Below are positions 7,018 through 11,827 of a DNA stretch of 11,827 bases, piece by piece. A program made the translations under genes and the position numbers. Numbering within the stretch: the stretch's first letter is position 1; the number at the start of each line of letters is the position of its first letter. Origin of the DNA: Chthonomonadales bacterium. Its GTDB lineage: Bacteria; Armatimonadota; Chthonomonadetes; Chthonomonadales; Chthonomonadaceae. Where the stretch lies: NCBI GenBank assembly GCA_038217285.1, contig JBBQPO010000195.1:1-11827 (forward strand). Direction: 5' to 3'. The notes under the pieces are model-generated. The model did not search any database and was not told the origin of the DNA. It was given only the letters and a program-made list of their open reading frames with translations.

Positions 7018-9027
7018 ATGTCCGCTCCCTTACGAACGCCCCCGCCCGATTCCACGCCTGCTCCTCTCGGCGGAGCGCTTCCGAGCACAGCGAGAGCGGG
7101 CAACTGGCTGAGCCTTCGAGCGACGCTTCTCGCGTTCGTCCTTGCGCCCCTGACGGCATACTGGTCGGTGGATCAGGGAGTAGACGTCATCTTCTCGCTC
7201 ATGGTCCCGCCGGTGATCATGACGCTGCTGCTCGCGGTATTGAACCTGTTCGTTCGCCGGGTCGCGCCGAAGCATGCCCTCACCGAGGGCGAGCTGATCA
7301 TCTTCTATGGAATGCACACCGTGATCGGCGCGATGTGCGCCGAGTGGATGATGGTGATCAATCCCTACATCCACTCCTATGCATTGTTCCGAAGCGGCGA
7401 CACGCGCTTCGACAAGTACATTTTGCCCTACGCGCACCCCTGGTTTTTCGTTCAGGTGAAGGATGCCGATCAGTATATCGACTACCGCAACGGCGGCTAC
7501 TCATTCTCCTATTTCCTTACGAAGCTGCCGCTGTGGGCGCCCTTCATTACCTCGTGGACAACGCTGGTAACTCTCGTCTGTCTCGCCATGTTGTGTATCA
7601 ACAGTCTGATGCGCGATGAGTGGACGAACCGGGAAAAGCTGGCGTTCCCCATCATTCAGCTGCCTATGGCGATCGTTCAGGCCGGCGCGGGGAAAACCCA
7701 TGTTTGGAAGAGTCGGTACTTCTATATCCCGTTCGCTGCGATGTTTCTCATCGATATCATCAACGGGTACCACTTCATCTTTCCCAGCATTCCACTGATC
7801 AACGTGCGCTTTCTCGGCGCGCTGAACGACCTGGCGACCGCGCCGCCCTGGAATTCAATCGGCTGGACACCGATCGGAATCTTCCCGTACATGGCCGTGA
7901 TCGGATTCTTCATGCCGACCGACCTCCTCTTCTCCTGCATCTTCTTCTTCTTCTTCCGAAAGGCAGAGCAGGTCTTCACGTACGCGATCGGGTTTACCGA
8001 GAGCGCAGGGACGTTCGGCGGCGGGGGGCTAGTGCCAGGACCGCCGTTCTTCAGCGAACAGTCCTGGGGTGCGTTTCTCGCCCTGTTTCTAACCTCGGCG
8101 TGGGTCGCGCGAGGATACCTGAAGGACGTCTGGCGCCAGATCCTGCATGGCGGCGACCGGGGCGAGCGGGGCGTGCCGCACCGGGCCGCATTCGCCGGCC
8201 TGCTGCTTAGCCTTGCTGGTATCGGAGGCGTCGGCCTTCTGGTCGGAATCCCGCTCTGGATGGTCGCGTTCACCACCCTGCTGTTCATGGCGTTCAGCGT
8301 GGCCCTAACGCGCATGCGGGCACAGATCGGCGCGCCGTCGCATGAGATGGCGTTCATGGGACCGAACCAGATGCTCGTGGACTTCGTGGGAACGCAGGCG
8401 CTGCCTCACGCGGGGATCAGCCGCATGGTCACGATGTTCCACTTCTTCAACCGCATCCACCGCACGCATCCGATGCCTCACCAGCTCGAGGCGATGAAGA
8501 TGGGCGAATCCGCGAAACTGAATCAGCGGGCTCTGTTCGTGGCCATCCTGCTGGCCACGATCGCAGGTAGCGTGCTGGGCCACATGCTGACGATTGCCCA
8601 CGGCTACCGGTATGGCGCAGCGAACGAAGGAGGCGATACGGCGGGAGTGGTTGCGACATTGCTGGAGCGACACCAGCCGCCGAACCTGAACGCGATGCTA
8701 TCGGTCGTGGTCGGATTTGCCGTGGTGCTAGGCCTTGATTTCATCCGGTTCCGGGTTCCCAGCTTTCCCCTCCACCCCGCTGGCTACGCGCTTGCCATGA
8801 ACTTCGGACTGGACTATTTCTGGTTCGGACTCATCATCGTGTGGATCGTAAAGGTATTTGTCGAGCGCTACTATGGCCTGCGCGGCCATAGCATGCTTCA
8901 CCAGATGGCGCTCGGTATCATCACCGCCGAGTTCTGCGCGGAGGCGATCTGGGCAACCTACTCGATGGTAACGCACACGGCCACGTATTCTATTTCGATC
9001 AACGGCCGGCTGGGGTGGAATCAGTGA
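7018..9027 (+). CDS. Large polytopic membrane protein, DUF6785 + DUF6784-like (putative transporter)
   Basis: Many hydrophobic segments. LTEGELIIFY, RDEWTNREKLAFPIIQLP, IGFFMPTDLLFSCIFFF, LTRMRAQIG and FPLHPAGYA match my recollection of this family. ATG 7018 has SD GGAG; ATG 7006 is the alternative. Confidence 0.75.
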   Translation: MSAPLRTPPPDSTPAPLGGALPSTARAGNWLSLRATLLAFVLAPLTAYWSVDQGVDVIFSLMVPPVIMTLLLAVLNLFVRRVAPKHALTEGELIIFYGMHTVIGAMCAEWMMVINPYIHSYALFRSGDTRFDKYILPYAHPWFFVQVKDADQYIDYRNGGYSFSYFLTKLPLWAPFITSWTTLVTLVCLAMLCINSLMRDEWTNREKLAFPIIQLPMAIVQAGAGKTHVWKSRYFYIPFAAMFLIDIINGYHFIFPSIPLINVRFLGALNDLATAPPWNSIGWTPIGIFPYMAVIGFFMPTDLLFSCIFFFFFRKAEQVFTYAIGFTESAGTFGGGGLVPGPPFFSEQSWGAFLALFLTSAWVARGYLKDVWRQILHGGDRGERGVPHRAAFAGLLLSLAGIGGVGLLVGIPLWMVAFTTLLFMAFSVALTRMRAQIGAPSHEMAFMGPNQMLVDFVGTQALPHAGISRMVTMFHFFNRIHRTHPMPHQLEAMKMGESAKLNQRALFVAILLATIAGSVLGHMLTIAHGYRYGAANEGGDTAGVVATLLERHQPPNLNAMLSVVVGFAVVLGLDFIRFRVPSFPLHPAGYALAMNFGLDYFWFGLIIVWIVKVFVERYYGLRGHSMLHQMALGIITAEFCAEAIWATYSMVTHTATYSISINGRLGWNQ

Positions 9028-9036
9028 CGGGGCGAA

Positions 9037-9071
9037 AGGGGATAGGTGTTAGGGGATAGGTGTTAGGGGAT
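9037..9071 (+). repeat. G-rich short tandem repeat: (AGGGGATAGGTGTT) x2.5, i.e. five alternating heptamers
   Basis: AGGGGAT AGGTGTT AGGGGAT AGGTGTT AGGGGAT read directly, beginning 9 bp after the stop codon at 9027. Confidence 0.9.
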
Positions 9072-9458
9072 GGGCGGGTTAGTTCTGGTTCTTTCTTCCT
9101 GTTTGAGCGGGTGTTTGGGTGAAATGTCAGGAAATTAGGCGGTTTAGGGGGTCGTTGGGCGCGTCGGTCTCGCCGCCTTCCACGGTACCCGGATCGCTAA
9201 TCGCACGTGCATTCGGGATAGAGGCAGCATACTCGAAGTCATGGGTGGGCTGGCGGTCCTCTATTCAATCATTGTGCTCTTCAGACTGCCAAAGGATCAG
9301 AGGTGATAGACCAGACATGGAAATGTCCGAAACGGACTTCCGCCGTTGGGGACTGATTGGTGTTATGACAGTATTTCGACGGCGCAACGCAACCAGAGTC
9401 AGCCTATTTTGAGCTTCGGCCTATGCCTCTCTCGATCGGAAAGAAGGCGAAAAGCGTT

Positions 9459-10016
9459 TCACGCAGCTGACGCAGCATCGGACGAAAGCATGACGACGGC
9501 AAAATGGTCGCCGAATATCGAGCGTCGATCCGTGGCAGGTGACGGCGCAATAAAGGCTGGTCGAAGTTCGACGCATTCCAGAGCAACCGCTCTGATCCTC
9601 TTCACACCCTCGGCTCGCCAGGCATCCAGCTCTGCCCTGCCTCCGACTTGCCTCAATTGGGAACCGATGTACGAACCGGCTATCGTACCGAACTGCCCCG
9701 CAAGCACAAATGCCGTTGGCATGTCCGAAGGGATAAGTTCGTAGCGTACCGATACCCCCCGGTATGTGATGTTGAACGTGACCTTACGATCGTGGGCCGT
9801 TTGCCTGGCCCTATGGCGTTCATAGTTACCGGCGTTAGCTTCGGTATGTCTTTCCAGCCACCCTCGTTTAGCATCCCTCTCATCTTGCACGCTCCGCCGC
9901 ATGCCTAGCGATATCGTCATTTCCGGACCGTCCGGAAGTGGATTTATCACTAACGGCGTGCCGAGTCGGAGCGCGGACAGGACTTCGGAGGCCCTCTGGA
10001 GTAGATCAGAAGCCAT
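9459..10016 (-). CDS. Hypothetical protein, no recognised family
   Basis: Longest ORF of the lower-GC segment, with globular-looking composition. Start uncertain: ATG 10016 (MASDLLQ), ATG 10085 or the track start at 10103. Confidence 0.55.
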   Translation of the reverse strand: MASDLLQRASEVLSALRLGTPLVINPLPDGPEMTISLGMRRSVQDERDAKRGWLERHTEANAGNYERHRARQTAHDRKVTFNITYRGVSVRYELIPSDMPTAFVLAGQFGTIAGSYIGSQLRQVGGRAELDAWRAEGVKRIRAVALECVELRPAFIAPSPATDRRSIFGDHFAVVMLSSDAASAA

Positions 10017-10312
10017 GTCTTCCGTGCGCAACTCCTGTCGGACTGCTATTTCGCCCCCTCGAAGGACAATCTTATTGACGATCATGCGTTGCTTCTTCAA
10101 CACAGCGAGCGCCGGTACCTTTTAGTCCCTCTCGTCTCAAAGGCTCCGTGGCACGGGTCACTCGTATGAAGGCGGGCACGCGTATTGCGGATGTGATGGG
10201 TGACACATTGCCTTGCAGTGGGTCAAAGGAGTAAAACCTGTGTCTATTGACCGCGTAAAACAGTTGTAGAGTATCGCGGAGAGCGCCTCCCGCGTGGAAA
10301 GCGAGGCCGATA

Positions 10313-10651
10313 TTGGTTTCTGCAGCGCAGGCATTAGAGCTGGCTAACGGGTGCAGGCATCAAGAGTGGACGTTGTGGCGGTACAAACCAGATTCGCGCC
10401 TGCTCATCCTTCGGGGCCATCGTCCGCCGTTCAATATACCTGCATACTTACGTTTTCACGAGCCAACATACGTATGCCTTCCGCAACGGGTTTCTGAAGC
10501 GCGCTTTTCGCTGCTGCCCGAGGGCGACGATGCCCATTACTCCATTGAACCGCTCCTGTCAGCGCCGTACAAGGTTTTCGTTCATGCGCGCGGCGGAACA
10601 TTCTACGTTGGTTGCGACAGGGTTAGCTTCGGACGGCGGTTGATGCCATGA
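10313..10651 (+). CDS. Hypothetical protein (112 aa), beta-rich, immunity-protein-like
   Basis: TTG start with GAGG 6 nt upstream. Stop overlaps the next start (ATGA, 10648-10651). Residue pattern is shared with the downstream ORF. Confidence 0.7.
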   Translation: MVSAAQALELANGCRHQEWTLWRYKPDSRLLILRGHRPPFNIPAYLRFHEPTYVCLPQRVSEARFSLLPEGDDAHYSIEPLLSAPYKVFVHARGGTFYVGCDRVSFGRRLMP

Positions 10652-11055
10652 CTCAGACACCGAGTCGTGTTCAGCCCCCGTCCATGGGGGAGCTCGGCAG
10701 GCAGCTACGCGGACTTGACGGCGCGACCCTGGAGTGGCGGGGCTATAGCATTTCACACGGAGCCTGCCTTTGGCGAGTTACCGGCCTGCCACCCGGGGTC
10801 GGATATGTCTACATGGCCGCAACCTACTTCATCAACTTCCCTCCAATCATGCATGACATCAGGATTCGTCTAGCGACCAACGACGAAACAGAGGATCTAC
10901 GCCACAGGCTGCCTGGCCCTGGTGAATCTCTGCGACAACGTGAATACCGTTTTGTCGAGTGCAAGGAAGGCATCTATGCGGTCTGGTCGAAGGGATTCTG
11001 TGTTATCTGGGACGAGGTCGCAGCGGCACGCATGCTGAGGGACAACAGATTTTGA
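10648..11055 (+). CDS. Hypothetical protein (135 aa), probable diverged paralog of the upstream ORF, immunity-protein-like
   Basis: ATGA coupling with the upstream gene. Pattern YSISH..LWR...Y..A.YFI.FP...IRL...FV....G...V. Confidence 0.7.
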   Translation: MTQTPSRVQPPSMGELGRQLRGLDGATLEWRGYSISHGACLWRVTGLPPGVGYVYMAATYFINFPPIMHDIRIRLATNDETEDLRHRLPGPGESLRQREYRFVECKEGIYAVWSKGFCVIWDEVAAARMLRDNRF

Positions 11056-11101
11056 CGTTTATATGACCGAGAGGCGTGACGGACGAGCAGGAAGGAGTGA
11101 A

Positions 11102-11653
11102 ATGCAGATCACCGAGGCGCAGCGGGAGCTGCGGATCAGGTTTGCCGGGGGATTCTACGGGCAGCTCGTGTGCGGCATGATCTGGCTCGTTTCGGCGGCG
11201 CTGGCGACCTGGACCGGTCCGCAGGCCGCTATTGCTGCCGTGGTGATCGGCGGGTTCTTTATCTTCCCGGCTACAGAGGCGCTCCTTCGCCTCGCCGGTG
11301 GTAACCACGATCTAAGCGCGGCAAACGGTCTTCGCTATCTGGGCATGCAGGTCGCGTTCGTTCTACCCTTTTCGATGCTGCTGCTCGTTCCAATCTGCCA
11401 CTACCGCTTGAACCTGTTCTTTCCGGCGTTGATGATACTGCTGGGCGCGCACTATATTCCCTTCGTATTTCTCTACGGGATGCGGATGTTTGCAGCGCTG
11501 GCGGCCATGCTGATCGGGGGCGGCGTGCTCGTTGCGATGACCTGGTCGAGCAGTTTCAGTGTCGGCGCCTGGTACGGCGGGATCGTTCTGGTTATTTTTT
11601 CCGCACTGGGCCGGGCCATGGTAGAGCGCGAATCGCACCCAGCGACAGCGTGA
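11102..11653 (+). CDS. Integral membrane protein with about 6 TM segments, DUF7010-like
   Basis: ATG 11102 has a strong SD (GAAGGAG) and is preferred over 11063. Motifs AQRELR..F.GG..GQLV.G.IW and FFPALMILLGAHYIPFVFLYG. Family name is from memory and unverified. Confidence 0.8.
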   Translation: MQITEAQRELRIRFAGGFYGQLVCGMIWLVSAALATWTGPQAAIAAVVIGGFFIFPATEALLRLAGGNHDLSAANGLRYLGMQVAFVLPFSMLLLVPICHYRLNLFFPALMILLGAHYIPFVFLYGMRMFAALAAMLIGGGVLVAMTWSSSFSVGAWYGGIVLVIFSALGRAMVERESHPATA

Positions 11654-11791
11654 GGCACGCCAGATACTGCCACAGGACGTGTCTCGCGACTCTTGCCTGG
11701 ACGCAGGAGTCGGCGGGCAACCCAAGTAGCCGCGAATCCGTAAGATCTACTACGATGGAAAGCTCCGCCGGGAGATAGGCTCGTGCATTAT

Positions 11792-11823
11792 GGGCGCCTT
11801 CTGCAGCGTTGCAGAAGGCGCCC
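11792..11823. terminator. Perfect 14-bp inverted repeat; probable intrinsic terminator or REP-like hairpin
   Basis: GGGCGCCTTCTGCA-GCGT-TGCAGAAGGCGCCC, followed by GGTT at the window edge, so a U-tract cannot be confirmed. Confidence 0.55.
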
Positions 11824-11827
11824 GGTT

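Noticed and set aside
7001..7050. Fluoride riboswitch-like GCCAATGGAGTTCCGC
   Set aside because: Lacks the 3' GCTRATGAC element; it is better explained as the SD and start region.
6869..7159. Long N-terminal extension of cdsA in the track
   Set aside because: Arg-rich, non-homologous-looking, and overlaps the divergent membrane protein gene.
9037..9071. Repeat as a possible CRISPR array
   Set aside because: Contiguous 14-bp units with no spacers and no cas genes.
9310..9345. Hammerhead-like stem GTCCGAAACGGAC
   Set aside because: No CTGANGA or GAAA catalytic core flanks it on either strand.
11711..11775. c-di-GMP-I or c-di-AMP riboswitch resemblance (GGGCAACCC; GAATCCGTAAG)
   Set aside because: Only short fragments match; the other conserved cores are absent.

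Overview
GC-rich bacterial chromosomal window. The DUF6785/6784-type membrane protein, PhyH dioxygenase and cytochrome c-LRR gene would fit an Armatimonadota/PVC-like organism, but that is inference only. Bases 1-9027 are housekeeping-like: a PhyH-family dioxygenase truncated at the left edge and absent from the ORF track, aspS and sua5/tsaC on the minus strand, a BtpA/SgcQ gene and a secreted cytochrome c + leucine-rich-repeat fusion on the plus strand, cdsA (minus) and a large DUF6785/DUF6784-like membrane protein (plus). From about 9030 to 11060 the DNA is less GC-rich and accessory-looking. It holds a G-rich heptamer tandem repeat, an orphan ORF and two translationally coupled small ORFs that look like diverged paralogs of each other, resembling immunity-type proteins. 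A membrane protein gene and a perfect 14-bp hairpin follow. The best non-coding leads are a promoter-driven ~150-nt structured RNA (6S-like or aspS leader) upstream of aspS and a ~130-bp multi-hairpin element with terminal inverted repeats between convergent genes. No CRISPR array, tRNA/rRNA, integrase or transposase was seen.
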